From Gloeobacterales cyanobacterium (lineage in GTDB: Bacteria > Cyanobacteriota > Cyanobacteriia > Gloeobacterales > PMM-0068): a stretch of DNA of 64,000 bases. The DNA is taken from the NCBI GenBank assembly GCA_038245785.1, contig JBBRSB010000003.1, positions 138,750-202,749 of the forward strand, read 5' to 3'. Of this stretch, positions 35,291 to 45,372 are shown piece by piece. Positions within the stretch are counted from its first letter, which is position 1; each line of letters begins with the position of its first letter. A model generated the notes under the pieces. The model was not told where the DNA came from, ran no database searches, and worked only from the letters and a program-made list of their open reading frames with translations. The position numbers and the translations under genes were made by a program.

Positions 35291-35992
35291 ATGACTCCTG
35301 AGCAGATAGAAGAAATAGCACGATTGCGCAGCTTAAACCTTTCTTCTAAACAGATTGCTCGTCAATTGGGACTACGCCCTGCGGAGGTAAGCACCGTCAT
35401 TCGAGAGCAGGCAGAAGAGGTGACCCTTGCCAGGATAGAGAGGGGTGAGTTGGCCCCCATTGAAAGCTGTCTGATCAATGAGAGTGCAGCAAAGCATCTC
35501 CTGGAATCGGCAGAAGAGAACGCTTTACGGTTGGCCTATGGGGGAGACAATGGTTTAGCCCAGATCTTTGTGACGAGGGTTGAGCGTAATCGATATCTGT
35601 TGGGCAGCTATCTGGTGGACTACTGGTGTTTGGGAGTTAAAGATACTTTTGGTCCTCGCAAGCTTGATCGGACAAAATATGAAATAACAGTTGAAGCAGC
35701 CTATCTAGCTTTCGATGAAAACTACCGAGAAATCACCCTGAAACAAGCTCAAGCTATCATCTTTGGAGCTGTGGACTATGCTGCCAAGCTGGGTTTTAAT
35801 CCTCATCCCGATTTTGAATCAGTCAAAGCTCATCTGGGTCAGCCCCTAGACGATCTACCCGCTCTTGAGTTCGGGCGAGAGGGGAAACCGTTCTACATGA
35901 ACGGTCCCTATGATCGTCCGAGTGAAATCCTTGCCACACTGCAAGAAACTGTTGGAGAGGGAAACTTTGATTATGTACTAGAGGTCGGATGA
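35291..35992 (+). CDS. HTH-domain protein of unknown function
   Basis: 233 aa. The N-terminal MTPEQIEEIARLRSLNLSSKQIARQLGLRPAEVSTVIRE looks like a sigma-70 region 4 / LuxR-type HTH. I recognise no motif in the ~180-aa C-terminal domain. Confidence 0.6.
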   Translation: MTPEQIEEIARLRSLNLSSKQIARQLGLRPAEVSTVIREQAEEVTLARIERGELAPIESCLINESAAKHLLESAEENALRLAYGGDNGLAQIFVTRVERNRYLLGSYLVDYWCLGVKDTFGPRKLDRTKYEITVEAAYLAFDENYREITLKQAQAIIFGAVDYAAKLGFNPHPDFESVKAHLGQPLDDLPALEFGREGKPFYMNGPYDRPSEILATLQETVGEGNFDYVLEVG

Positions 35993-36064
35993 CCTTGACC
36001 AGTGAATCAAGTGAACCACCCTAGTCACTGAAATTTATAGCGTCCGCTCATCTACACGACAAAA

Positions 36065-36349
36065 CTACTTGTGGACAACTTCGCTGAGGGACTCATGAAT
36101 GACTTCATCACTCACCCCATGACGTTTCAGACTAGCAACCAACGCAGAAACAGTATCTCCATCTGGTCGCTCAAGATCCACCCGTAGCCCTTGACCGATA
36201 TAAGCGCGAATTAGCGGCTGATATCCCGAAAAGCCGAGCAGTGGAGCTAGTCGTTTTAGATCCTCAATCACATCTTCAGGTATCCAAATCGTGACGGTGG
36301 TCATAAGACGGTTTTTATCCAATCGTTTTTTCAAGGCTTCAGCTTTCAT
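36065..36349 (-). CDS. Small ribbon-helix-helix/antitoxin-like protein (orphan)
   Basis: ORF 36065..36484 trimmed to the internal ATG 36349. Sequence: MKAEALKKRLDKNRLMTTVTIWIPEDVIEDLKRLAPLLGFSGYQPLIRAYIGQGLRVDLE.... The family assignment is tentative. Confidence 0.4.
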   Translation of the reverse strand: MKAEALKKRLDKNRLMTTVTIWIPEDVIEDLKRLAPLLGFSGYQPLIRAYIGQGLRVDLERPDGDTVSALVASLKRHGVSDEVIHESLSEVVHK

Positions 36350-36470
36350 AGTACTCACGCTCCTTATTAGGTTGCCGAACTGGAATAGAAACTCCCCCAG
36401 GGAAGAATATAGCCATCTAGAAGCATCGTTGAGTACGATGTTTACGGAAGTCCTGCAAACAAAGAGTGTA

Positions 36471-37244
36471 ATGACCCTTCTCACCGTTCAAAAACTCACC
36501 AAAACCTTTGGTGGCCTCACTGCTGTCAAGGATATCTCTTTTGAACTGGAAAAGAATGACATTTTGAGCGTAATTGGTCCTAACGGAGCCGGGAAAACCA
36601 CCCTCTTTAATATGCTGACAGGGATTTATCAGCCAACTGAAGGCCAGATTATGCTCAAGAAGAATGAGGATGACAAAGAACGGACTTTGCAAGGTTTGAA
36701 ATCCCATCAAATCAATCAAGCAGGGCTTGCCCGCACCTTCCAAAATATCCGCCTGTTCAATAAGATGACCGTGCTCGAAAATGTGATGGTAGGGCGGCAT
36801 GTGCGAACCAGCAATGGCCTTTGGGCGATCCTGATTCCCAATAAAAAAGCTCGGATTGAAGAAGAAGAAACGATTGAGCAGTCCATGGAAAAGCTGGAAT
36901 TTGTCGGCTTAGGCGATAAGGCTTTCATTCAAGCGGATAGCCTGTCCTACGGAGACCAGCGCCGCCTGGAAATCGCCCGAGCTTTAGCCACCGATCCGAC
37001 CATTCTACTTTTAGATGAACCAGCTGCTGGGATGAATCCTCAGGAAAAAAAGCAATTAATTGGCCTCATCCGCAGAATTCAGGAAAAAGGGGTAACCGTC
37101 ATTTTGATTGAACATGATATGGGTTTGGTGATGAACATCTCAGACCATATTGTCGTCATGAACTTTGGACAGAAAATCTGTGAAGGCACCCCAGAGGTCG
37201 TTCGAGAGAACCCCGAAGTAATCAAAGCGTACTTAGGCGCATAA
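36471..37244 (+). CDS. LivG/NatA-type ABC transporter ATP-binding protein (no permease adjacent)
   Basis: ORF 36291..37244 trimmed to ATG 36471 (MTLLTVQKLTKTFGGLTAV). It has Walker A GPNGAGKTT, the signature LSYGDQRRLEIARAL, Walker B LLLDEPAAG and the LivG-type tail VIKAYLG. Confidence 0.85.
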   Translation: MTLLTVQKLTKTFGGLTAVKDISFELEKNDILSVIGPNGAGKTTLFNMLTGIYQPTEGQIMLKKNEDDKERTLQGLKSHQINQAGLARTFQNIRLFNKMTVLENVMVGRHVRTSNGLWAILIPNKKARIEEEETIEQSMEKLEFVGLGDKAFIQADSLSYGDQRRLEIARALATDPTILLLDEPAAGMNPQEKKQLIGLIRRIQEKGVTVILIEHDMGLVMNISDHIVVMNFGQKICEGTPEVVRENPEVIKAYLGA

Positions 37245-37306
37245 AACTTACAGGGGAGCCTAAACTAGATAGAGTGTTTGCTAAGTACCCCCATTCAGGG
37301 ATATTC

Positions 37307-37822
37307 ATGACTGAAGAACTTACCCAAATTCTGACCCTGTCTTGTTCTGTTCAAACAGTGTTAGGCTCAGACCTTCCTATCTCCGAGCAAGACCGGCAGA
37401 GCTTAGACCAGCTCTTGGCGATGACAGAAGAACAACTGGGCCAGATGCCCAAAGACCTGATAGACCAAACTCGTCCCACCGTGGAAGATAGAGTCCGGGC
37501 CCGCGATCCTCAGGATTTATTTGCTTCCATCGTTCAGTTTGTACAGACCTTGAATAATGAACAGGTTGAAACGTTAGAAATCCCAGCCGCACTCGTCTTC
37601 GATGTTTTAGCCCACAAATTGCTGGCCATTCCAGACTTACCGGAGGATGTCACCACGCAACTGCACCAGGGTCTTCAAAGCATTAGCCCAGAAGTCGCCA
37701 CCATTCCTCCAGAACTGCAAGCTCAGATGAGAGACGTACTGGAGCAAGAATTCGGTCAGCGCTCTCCTCAAGACCTGTTTGATCTCATGGTCCAGATGTT
37801 TGGGCAACAGCAGCAGCAGTAA
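37307..37822 (+). CDS. Acidic, Gln-rich hypothetical protein
   Basis: ORF 37274..37822 trimmed to ATG 37307 (MTEELTQIL...). An internal repeat is visible: ...RDPQDLFASIVQFVQ... and ...RSPQDLFDLMVQMFGQQQQQ. Confidence 0.45.
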   Translation: MTEELTQILTLSCSVQTVLGSDLPISEQDRQSLDQLLAMTEEQLGQMPKDLIDQTRPTVEDRVRARDPQDLFASIVQFVQTLNNEQVETLEIPAALVFDVLAHKLLAIPDLPEDVTTQLHQGLQSISPEVATIPPELQAQMRDVLEQEFGQRSPQDLFDLMVQMFGQQQQQ

Positions 37823-37843
37823 CCTCACCCCGCCCTACGGGCA

Positions 37844-37865
37844 CCCCTCTCCTATAGGAGAGGGG
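37844..37865. terminator. 22-nt perfect palindrome between convergent genes (candidate bidirectional terminator)
   Basis: cccctctcct at aggagagggg lies between the stop of 37307..37822 and the stop of pheT. There is no flanking U-run, so the assignment is tentative. Confidence 0.35.
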
Positions 37866-37873
37866 GAACGATC

Positions 37874-40321
37874 TTAACTCCGTAGCTCCACTCGATAGCG
37901 TTCTGTCAACGTCTCTCGAATATTTTGCTGCACAGGTTCTACGTCCTGGTCTGTGAGGGTGCGGTCCGTGGCGCGGTAGACCAGGCGGAAAGCAAGGGAG
38001 CGTTGGCCTTCCGGAACGTTTTTTCCTCGGTATTCATCAAAGAGTTCCACTGACTCTAGTAAGGGCCCGCCCGTGTGTTGAATGGTCTGCGCAAGCTGAC
38101 TAGCGGGAACCTCAATGCTACAGAAAAAAGCTAGGTCCCGGTCTACGGCAGGATAGCTAGAAAAAGGCTCGTAGCGGATTTCCTGGTCTAAGATCTGGCC
38201 AAGCACTTCATCTAGATCTAGCTCAAAACCAAAGCTTTGGGGAGGAAGGTCTTCTTTCGACGCTAAACGCGGATGAATTTGACCAAATATTCCCAAACGC
38301 CTTCCAGAAAGCCAAAGAGAGGCTGTTCGTCCAGGATGGAAGCGTTCATCCCTCTGGTCGGGTTGGTATTCTGCGTGGACTCCTAAACCTGTAAGCACCT
38401 GCTCTAGAAGTCCTTTCGCTCCAAAGAAATCCCAGGGTTGGCTCGTTTTTTGCCAGGTTCCTACTGTAGGAGCACCGCAGAGAATCCCTGCCAGATGGTC
38501 TATTTCCTCAATGCCATCTTCTGTACGGGTAAAGACCCGTCCGATTTCAAAAGCCTGGAGCGGTGGATTGCCTTGCTCTAGGTTGTATTTCAAAGAAGCG
38601 AGCAGTCCTGGCAAGAGCTCTGTTCGTAGCGCGGCATAGTCTGCTGTTAGAGGATTGGTAATCGTCACAGCATCGCGGTCAGAAGCAATGAAGCGGGACA
38701 AGGTTTGGGCCTGTTTTGTGGAAAGTTCTCCTGTGGCCTGACTAGAAGGCACGAAGCTATTGTGCAGCACTTCTGTGAGCCCTGCCCCTCGAAAACCAGC
38801 ACGCAGTTTCCGCAGGGCGGTTTCATCTAACGTAAGAGCGCCTCCGAGATCGGCCAGGCTCGGCAGCGTCAGAGAGAAGTAGTCATAGCCCACGGTCCGG
38901 GCAATTTCTTCAATCAGGTCAATTTCCCTTTCCACATCCCGCTGACGGAACCCTGGGACCCCGACCAAATAGGCTGGTTGTTCATCGGGACTGGGCGCAG
39001 ATTGAACATCGAAGCCGAGGTTCTTCAGCTGTTGCTCCATCCGTTCCAGCGGCAGGGCATCCCCCATCACCTGAGCAAAGCGGCTAGAGCGGAAAAGAAT
39101 GGTTTTTACGTCGTTAGACCGATGGTCCAAGCGCGTTTGAGAGACCACGGTTCCTCCTGCCAAGTCTACAATCAAGGCCAACGCTCGGTTCAGGGCATAG
39201 TCCAGAGCTGAGGCATCCACGCCCCGTTCATAGCGGGCAGAAGCTTCCGAACGCAGGCCATGAGCACGGGCAGACCTACGGGTTGTCGCGGGATCGAAGA
39301 GGGCTGCTTCCAGAAGGATATGCCGACTGCTAGTCCGCACTTCCGTTGCTTCTCCGCCCATGACTCCGGCTAAAGCCACCGGTTGGTCATCACTGGTAAT
39401 TACATGGCTTTGCGTCACGAGCCTGCGTTCATTGCCATCTAAGGTTTTCAGTACTTCCCCGGCATGGGCAAAACGTACCCCGAGAGCCAGGCTGTGAATA
39501 TCCGAGCCTAAAGTTTCTGCATCGAAGGCATGCAGAGGTTGGCCCCATTCCAGAAGAATATAGTTGGTAATATCTACTAGATTATTGATCGATCGCTGTC
39601 CAGCACTTTCGAGTCTGCGCTGTAGCCACTGAGGGGAAGGTTGGATATTCACCCCTTCAATTAAGGTGGCAAAGTAGGCTGGACAGGCATGGTTATCTTC
39701 TACGCGGACGGTAAGCGCGCCCTCTGGCACTAAGGGGACCTGTGTAACAGGCAATTTTAGAGGGGCTCCGGTGAGGGCCGCCACTTCTCGCGCAATACCG
39801 ACCATCGAAAGGGCATCCGCCCGGTTAGCCGTAGAGGTCACATCGAGAATGGTGTCATCCAAACCCAGGATCGGGCGCACGTCCTGACCAAGGGCGTATT
39901 CCTGGTCAAAAATGTGAATGCCAGAAGATTCTTTCTCCAGACCCAATTCATACAAAGAACAAATCATGCCATGGGAATAAACACCCCGCAGTTTTGCCCT
40001 CCGTAGCTTCAGGTCAATGGTTGGCAAATAAACGCCCACAGGAGCGACAGCCACATAAATATCAGCCTTGGCGTTAGAAGCACCACACACAATAGTCAAT
40101 GGCTCTCCTGCGCCAATATCTACCGTGCAGACCCCCAGTTTTTCTGCATCAGGATGACGCTGGTAGTCCAAAATTTTGCCAACGACTACACCATCTGCCC
40201 AACTCCTGCGGTCAATAATCTCTTCCACTTCAAAACCAGCCATCGTCAGGCGGTCCGCCAATGCTTGAGGGGCTAGATCATGGGCAACTAATTCTTTAAG
40301 CCAGTTGTAGGAAACGTACAT
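37874..40321 (-). CDS. pheT: Phenylalanine--tRNA ligase beta subunit
   Basis: 815 aa. It begins MYVSYNWLKELV, has a tRNA-binding domain (GKILDYQRHPDAEKLGVCTVDIG) and B3/4, B5 and FDX-ACB regions of typical length. Confidence 0.92.
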   Translation of the reverse strand: MYVSYNWLKELVAHDLAPQALADRLTMAGFEVEEIIDRRSWADGVVVGKILDYQRHPDAEKLGVCTVDIGAGEPLTIVCGASNAKADIYVAVAPVGVYLPTIDLKLRRAKLRGVYSHGMICSLYELGLEKESSGIHIFDQEYALGQDVRPILGLDDTILDVTSTANRADALSMVGIAREVAALTGAPLKLPVTQVPLVPEGALTVRVEDNHACPAYFATLIEGVNIQPSPQWLQRRLESAGQRSINNLVDITNYILLEWGQPLHAFDAETLGSDIHSLALGVRFAHAGEVLKTLDGNERRLVTQSHVITSDDQPVALAGVMGGEATEVRTSSRHILLEAALFDPATTRRSARAHGLRSEASARYERGVDASALDYALNRALALIVDLAGGTVVSQTRLDHRSNDVKTILFRSSRFAQVMGDALPLERMEQQLKNLGFDVQSAPSPDEQPAYLVGVPGFRQRDVEREIDLIEEIARTVGYDYFSLTLPSLADLGGALTLDETALRKLRAGFRGAGLTEVLHNSFVPSSQATGELSTKQAQTLSRFIASDRDAVTITNPLTADYAALRTELLPGLLASLKYNLEQGNPPLQAFEIGRVFTRTEDGIEEIDHLAGILCGAPTVGTWQKTSQPWDFFGAKGLLEQVLTGLGVHAEYQPDQRDERFHPGRTASLWLSGRRLGIFGQIHPRLASKEDLPPQSFGFELDLDEVLGQILDQEIRYEPFSSYPAVDRDLAFFCSIEVPASQLAQTIQHTGGPLLESVELFDEYRGKNVPEGQRSLAFRLVYRATDRTLTDQDVEPVQQNIRETLTERYRVELRS

Positions 40322-40400
40322 GGAGCAAGGCCGATGAAGACGATTAAGTCCATCCTACGATGCAAGGTGCTTCGAGAAGCTATAGTCTCGATTCCTCCCA

Positions 40401-40664
40401 CCCCTCAGTCCCTCCGGGACAGCTCCCCACCCTTCGGGAAGGCTTCGCCTAGGGAGGGGAGCCTATTTTGGGAGCAGAAGGATGGATTGGATTTGGCTAC
40501 AGGCATTGCTAAAGCTATGGCTCAATTCCTCATGTGTGGGATGGACTCGGGCCTCTTCTGTCAAGGTGTTCTCGCATCCTATCAGTTCCTAACTCTGTAC
40601 CCTCAGCTTTGTCTTCCAGAAAGGGCTCCCCTCTAAGGGGAGCTGTCCCGGAGGGACTGAGGGG
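40401..40664. mobile_element. MITE-like element with 28-bp perfect terminal inverted repeats
   Basis: cccctcagtccctccgggacagctcccc (40401-40428) is the exact reverse complement of ggggagctgtcccggagggactgagggg (40637-40664). The 208-bp interior is non-coding. It contains a 26-nt block (40476-40501) that recurs with one mismatch at 30761-30786. Confidence 0.5.
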
Positions 40665-40916
40665 TTAGAGACTGTCTTCTGGCTTAGTCGGGGCAAACAT
40701 ACTCTGCTTAGAAGCCTTGAGCTGTTTCCAAAGTGCTTTGATCTCTTTGTAGGCTTGTGTAGGAGGAAGCTTTCCACCATTCTCCAAGGCACAGATAATG
40801 GCCACCCGCTGAGAAAACTCTTGAAGGTTGGCATCAAAAACCATATTGGGTAAGGTTTCTTTGCCGTGATAGGTACGGTAGGGATAGACGAATTGTTTTT
40901 TTTCAACCTCGGACAT
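40665..40916 (-). CDS. Small conserved hypothetical protein
   Basis: ORF 40665..40928 trimmed to ATG 40916. Sequence: MSEVEKKQFVYPYRTYHGKETLPNMVFDANLQEFSQRVAIICALENGGKL.... I recognise no family. Confidence 0.5.
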   Translation of the reverse strand: MSEVEKKQFVYPYRTYHGKETLPNMVFDANLQEFSQRVAIICALENGGKLPPTQAYKEIKALWKQLKASKQSMFAPTKPEDSL

Positions 40917-41059
40917 GAGCTTTACCACCCCTCCCCAAGAATATCAATCGGTACTTTATATCTGCTAAGTTTCCCAACTCTTCAGAAGATCTCACTACCT
41001 CCAATGTAGCGAATTCCCCCTCTAAATATACGGGCTTAGAAAGAGGGGAACCCACTCAG

Positions 41060-43606
41060 CTATTCCGAGGCGGCTTCCTCTTCGAGAAGGCCCGTCTCAT
41101 CGGTTTCAGGAACGACCGTGATCGCTTTGATGAAATCATCTTCGTCCAGCCGCTGAACCCTTACTCCGGTAGCAGCACGAGATTGAACAGAGATTTCATC
41201 GGCACTCTGACGAATGACAACACCGCGAGCGGTGACAATCATCAACTCATCCCCAGGCTGTACCACTCTGAGCGCAGCTAATCTATCTTCTTTGTTGCGG
41301 AAGTTGATTGCTTTGACGCCCATACCGCCTCGGTTTTGAGCCCGGAAGGCTGTGGCCGGAATTCTCTTGCCTAGGCCCTTAGAAGTAACCGCCAAGACCC
41401 ACGGTCCAGGTGCTGTCGTTAGCTCTTCTTCTGAGACATCCGCTTCTACATCCTCTGGAGCTTCTTCCCCGTGAGGAAGCATATCCATCGCAATCAGCTG
41501 GTCTCCGCTCTTTAAGGTCATGGAGCGGACTCCACGGGCCGTACGCCCTGTCGCTCTCAGCTGTTGCTCATCACAATGGAAGCGAACGGCCCGGCCTAAA
41601 GAACTGCCGACAATCAGATCATCTTGAGCAGAGACTTTACGTACCCAGCGCAGTTCATCGCCTTCTTCTAGAGAAATCGCAATCAAGCCATTCGCTCGAA
41701 TGTGAGAAAAAGCATTGAGGGTCGTCTTTTTAATGAAGCCGCCTTGGGTGAGCATCACTAGGTATTCATCTTCAGAAAACTCAGAAACTGGGACTAGAGA
41801 GGTAATTTTCTCTTCAATCGGAATCGGCAGTAGTTGCACAATCGCAGCCCCTTTAGCGGCACGAGAGCCTTCCGGGATCTGATAGCCTTTCAGGGCATAG
41901 ACCGTTCCCTTATTTGTAAAGAAGAGAATAGTGTCGTGGTTGCAACAGGCAAAGAAGTGCTCGATGCCATCATCTTCTTTCATGCGGGTCCCGGCTTTCC
42001 CTCTCGTGGCCCGACGCTGAACGCCAAAGGTATCGATGGACACCCGTTTTACATAGCCTTGCTCAGTGACAAAAACCACCATCTCTTTGTTGGCAATTAG
42101 GTCTTGGTCTTCAAGATCTCCCTCACCCTGCATCAGTTGGGTGCGACGGGGTTGAGCAAACTTGACTTTCAGAGCCAATAGATTGGTGCGAATCAGGTCC
42201 AGAATCAGTTCACGGCTAGCCAGTAAGCGATTCAGTTCTTCAATGCGGCGGGTGAGCTCATCGTGTTCTGCTTCAATTTTTCCCGACTCCAAAGAAGTAA
42301 GACGACGCAGCTGCATGCTCAAGATTTCATTGGCTTGGATCTCGGAGAATTGGAACTGCTCGACCAACTGGGCACGAGCCGCTGCCGTATCTTCCGCTCC
42401 CCGAATCAAAGCAATCACTCGGTCAATGCGGCTAAGGGCGATCAGATAGCCCTGGAGAATATGGTCTCGTTCCTGGCACTTGCGCAGTTCATAGCGAGAA
42501 CGACGGGTAATCACTTCTACCCGGAATTCCAGGAAGGTGGTCAGGGCATCACGGAGTGTCAACAGCTTCGGTTCACCATTCACCAGCGCCAACAAATTCA
42601 CGCCAAAATTGCTCTGGAGCTGAGTCTGCTTATAGAGATTATTTAGGACTACTCTTGGGTAGGCATCGCGCTTTAGTTCAATGACAATCCGCATCCCATC
42701 TCGGTCTGATTCATCACGGATGTCAGAAATACCATCAATTTTTTCGTCATTGACCAGCTCGGCAATTTTTTCAATCATGCCCGCCTTATTTACCTGATAA
42801 GGCAACTCAGTGACAATGATCGCGTTCTTGTCCTGACGGCCCCGCTGCTCAATCACTTCGATTTCACAAATGCCTCTTAGGGGAATTGAACCACGGCCCG
42901 TCAGATAAGCTTCTCGGATGCCTGAACGTCCTAAGACAATCCCCCCTGTCGGGAAATCGGGACCAGGAATATACTGCATCAACTCAGTGCTGGTCAGCTC
43001 TGGGTTGGCAATCAGGGCAACCAAGCCATCAATCAGTTCCCCTGGATTGTGAGAAGGAATATTGGTCGCCATACCCACAGCGATCCCTGTAGAACCATTC
43101 AGGAGCAGCTGCGGGAGTTGGGCAGGCAAAACGGACGGTTCTTGCTGTGAACCATCAAAAGTGTCTGTAAAGTCTACGGTTTCTGCTTCAATATCGGCGA
43201 GTAACGTGTCTCTGGATAGGGGAGTCAGACGAGACTCGGTATAACGCATAGCCGCTGGCGGATCGTTGTCGACCGACCCGAAGTTGCCGTGTCCATCGAT
43301 CAGGGGCACACGCATCGAAAAATCTTGCGCCATCCGCACCAAGGCGTCATAGACGGCGGAGTCACCGTGGGGGTGGTATTTACCCAGCACTTCCCCAACG
43401 ACCCTAGCGCACTTACGGAAGGGACGGTCAGGAGACAAACCGAGTTCGTGCATGGCATAGAGCACGCGGCGATGCACAGGCTTGAGGCCGTCACGGGCAT
43501 CAGGGAGCGCTCGACCAACAATGACACTCATGGCGTATTCGAGATACGAACGCTGCATCTCATTACGCAAATTGGTCGATACGACGCGGCTATCTTCGAT
43601 CGTCAT
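41060..43606 (-). CDS. gyrA: DNA gyrase subunit A
   Basis: 848 aa with [32 protein letters not shown] and [18 protein letters not shown] (QRDR), plus a C-terminal beta-pinwheel. Confidence 0.95.
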   Translation of the reverse strand: MTIEDSRVVSTNLRNEMQRSYLEYAMSVIVGRALPDARDGLKPVHRRVLYAMHELGLSPDRPFRKCARVVGEVLGKYHPHGDSAVYDALVRMAQDFSMRVPLIDGHGNFGSVDNDPPAAMRYTESRLTPLSRDTLLADIEAETVDFTDTFDGSQQEPSVLPAQLPQLLLNGSTGIAVGMATNIPSHNPGELIDGLVALIANPELTSTELMQYIPGPDFPTGGIVLGRSGIREAYLTGRGSIPLRGICEIEVIEQRGRQDKNAIIVTELPYQVNKAGMIEKIAELVNDEKIDGISDIRDESDRDGMRIVIELKRDAYPRVVLNNLYKQTQLQSNFGVNLLALVNGEPKLLTLRDALTTFLEFRVEVITRRSRYELRKCQERDHILQGYLIALSRIDRVIALIRGAEDTAAARAQLVEQFQFSEIQANEILSMQLRRLTSLESGKIEAEHDELTRRIEELNRLLASRELILDLIRTNLLALKVKFAQPRRTQLMQGEGDLEDQDLIANKEMVVFVTEQGYVKRVSIDTFGVQRRATRGKAGTRMKEDDGIEHFFACCNHDTILFFTNKGTVYALKGYQIPEGSRAAKGAAIVQLLPIPIEEKITSLVPVSEFSEDEYLVMLTQGGFIKKTTLNAFSHIRANGLIAISLEEGDELRWVRKVSAQDDLIVGSSLGRAVRFHCDEQQLRATGRTARGVRSMTLKSGDQLIAMDMLPHGEEAPEDVEADVSEEELTTAPGPWVLAVTSKGLGKRIPATAFRAQNRGGMGVKAINFRNKEDRLAALRVVQPGDELMIVTARGVVIRQSADEISVQSRAATGVRVQRLDEDDFIKAITVVPETDETGLLEEEAASE

Positions 43607-43987
43607 AAGGTCGCTCCCTTAAAGTTTGGTCTTGTCAGGCTGCTAACGCCTAACATGCAAAAACCCCGGCCTTGGACAGAAATCCTGTGGCACGAGCCGG
43701 AGTTTGGATGAATGGTAATGGTACTCATTGCTACCTCTTATTCTAGCACGCCAGAGGTCTAGGCACTGCTTTGCTGGGGCGTGATTGAGGGCTCTACACC
43801 CCCTCGCCATATCTCTGTCCAAAGAAGTACGTACACGAATGAATTCTTTTTGTTAGGATGCTATCTGCTAAGGTTTTTTTGGGACGAATAGCACACAAGA
43901 ACGCAGTTGGTACCTTAAGAGAGGGAGAATAAGCATTCTGGTTCTATTTTTCTATCACCTACTCCCCTACAAGGACAGGAGTCTAAC

Positions 43988-44440
43988 GTGAATATCCAGT
44001 TGAGCACAGACAAGTTCGCCATTCCTCTTGAGGACCTGCGTGACCTGTTTGACCGAGCCACGTTTTGGGCTCGCGGCCGACAATTGGATGACCTTCAGAA
44101 CATGATTTTGTTTAGTGACCCTGTGGTTTCTGCCTGGGACGGAGACAAGCTGGTTGGCGTTGCGCGCGCGACGACCGATGGCGTCTATCGAGCCATGCTT
44201 TGGGATGTAGTCGTAGACCCACACTATCAGGGCAATGGAGTTGGTCGAGATCTAGTAGAAGGCGTTCTTGCCCATCCCTTAGTCGCCAAGGTGGAACGAA
44301 TATTCCTAAGCACCACCTATCAGCAAGGTTTCTACGAGAAGCTGGGCTTTGTAGAGAATGCTGCGACCTGTATGGTCTTGGACCGATCCAAAACAGTCTC
44401 AGAGACTGTGGTTGAAATAGTCTCTGAGGCTGTCGTTTAG
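43988..44440 (+). CDS. GNAT-family N-acetyltransferase
   Basis: 150 aa with a GTG start preceded by AGGAG. The acetyl-CoA motif is VVVDPHYQGNGVGRDLVE. Confidence 0.8.
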   Translation: MNIQLSTDKFAIPLEDLRDLFDRATFWARGRQLDDLQNMILFSDPVVSAWDGDKLVGVARATTDGVYRAMLWDVVVDPHYQGNGVGRDLVEGVLAHPLVAKVERIFLSTTYQQGFYEKLGFVENAATCMVLDRSKTVSETVVEIVSEAVV

Positions 44441-44485
44441 CTGTTCAATCAATACGAACTCTACTAGATGAAAATCCACTCTCTA

Positions 44486-44962
44486 TCAGAAGGGAAGTTC
44501 ATCATCTGCTAGAGAGGGCAGATTCGCTGGCGGTTTGGCCGGAGCGGTACGACGTTCTGCAGCAGGCTTAGCAGCAGCTTTAGGGGACGGTGAGGCAGGT
44601 TCAGGCATCGAGAATCCTGTATCTAGACCAGCTCCAGCACTGACAGAGACTACTTTACGGGCTTGAACTTCTGCCCGCTTCTCTTTGTAACCATCGCGCT
44701 CAATCGTATTCATGCGCAATTGCCCTTCCACGACGACCGTATCGCCTTGATGGAACTGCTGGGCAACTTCTTGGGCCAGGTTGCGACCACTTTCTCCAGG
44801 ACGAGCCACCCGACCGAAGACAACCACACTCACTTGATAAGGGGCTTCTTCAGGACGGGCAGCAGCAAAACGGAGGGGAAACTTGGCTATGGCCAATCCA
44901 TCGGGAGTTTCTCGCAATTCTGGATCACCAACGACCTCTCCTAGGATGGCAATAGCATTCAT
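44486..44962 (-). CDS. ssb: Single-stranded DNA-binding protein
   Basis: 158 aa with an OB fold (MNAIAILGEVVGDPELRETPDG...), a Pro/Ala-rich linker and the acidic tip DDELPF. Confidence 0.88.
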   Translation of the reverse strand: MNAIAILGEVVGDPELRETPDGLAIAKFPLRFAAARPEEAPYQVSVVVFGRVARPGESGRNLAQEVAQQFHQGDTVVVEGQLRMNTIERDGYKEKRAEVQARKVVSVSAGAGLDTGFSMPEPASPSPKAAAKPAAERRTAPAKPPANLPSLADDELPF

Positions 44963-45294
44963 GCTTCCACAGGCTCCGTGACTACAGGGACAAACTCATT
45001 TTCGTCCAGCACTGTCAGGAACCGGAGAACTTTTTCGTCTAGTTTAAGAGTCCGCTCTAACTCCGCCTTGATTGCAGTCTCAGCATTGTAGTTGAGCTGT
45101 ACATAAACGCCTTCTTTCAGGTTGTTGAGTTCGTAGGCTAAGCGGCGCTTGCCCCGAATATTGGTTACAACATCCGTAGCACCTTTCTCCGTTAAGAGAT
45201 CGGTATAGGCAGCAACAGCGGTGGTAAGCGCTTCTTCTACGAGTTCTGAATTCAGAATGAATAGGGTTTCGTAGCGACGGGCAACAATGGGCAT
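44959..45294 (-). CDS. rpsF: 30S ribosomal protein S6
   Basis: 111 aa with YETLFIL...GKRRLAYE....GVYVQLNY. It overlaps the ssb start by 4 nt. Confidence 0.9.
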   Translation of the reverse strand: MPIVARRYETLFILNSELVEEALTTAVAAYTDLLTEKGATDVVTNIRGKRRLAYELNNLKEGVYVQLNYNAETAIKAELERTLKLDEKVLRFLTVLDENEFVPVVTEPVEA

Positions 45295-45372
45295 AGAGAC
45301 TCCTTATGGTCTGCGGCCCTCCGTAGAGAGCAAGGATAAGTTTGTGATAAGCGACTTCCTATCTTAACAGAG

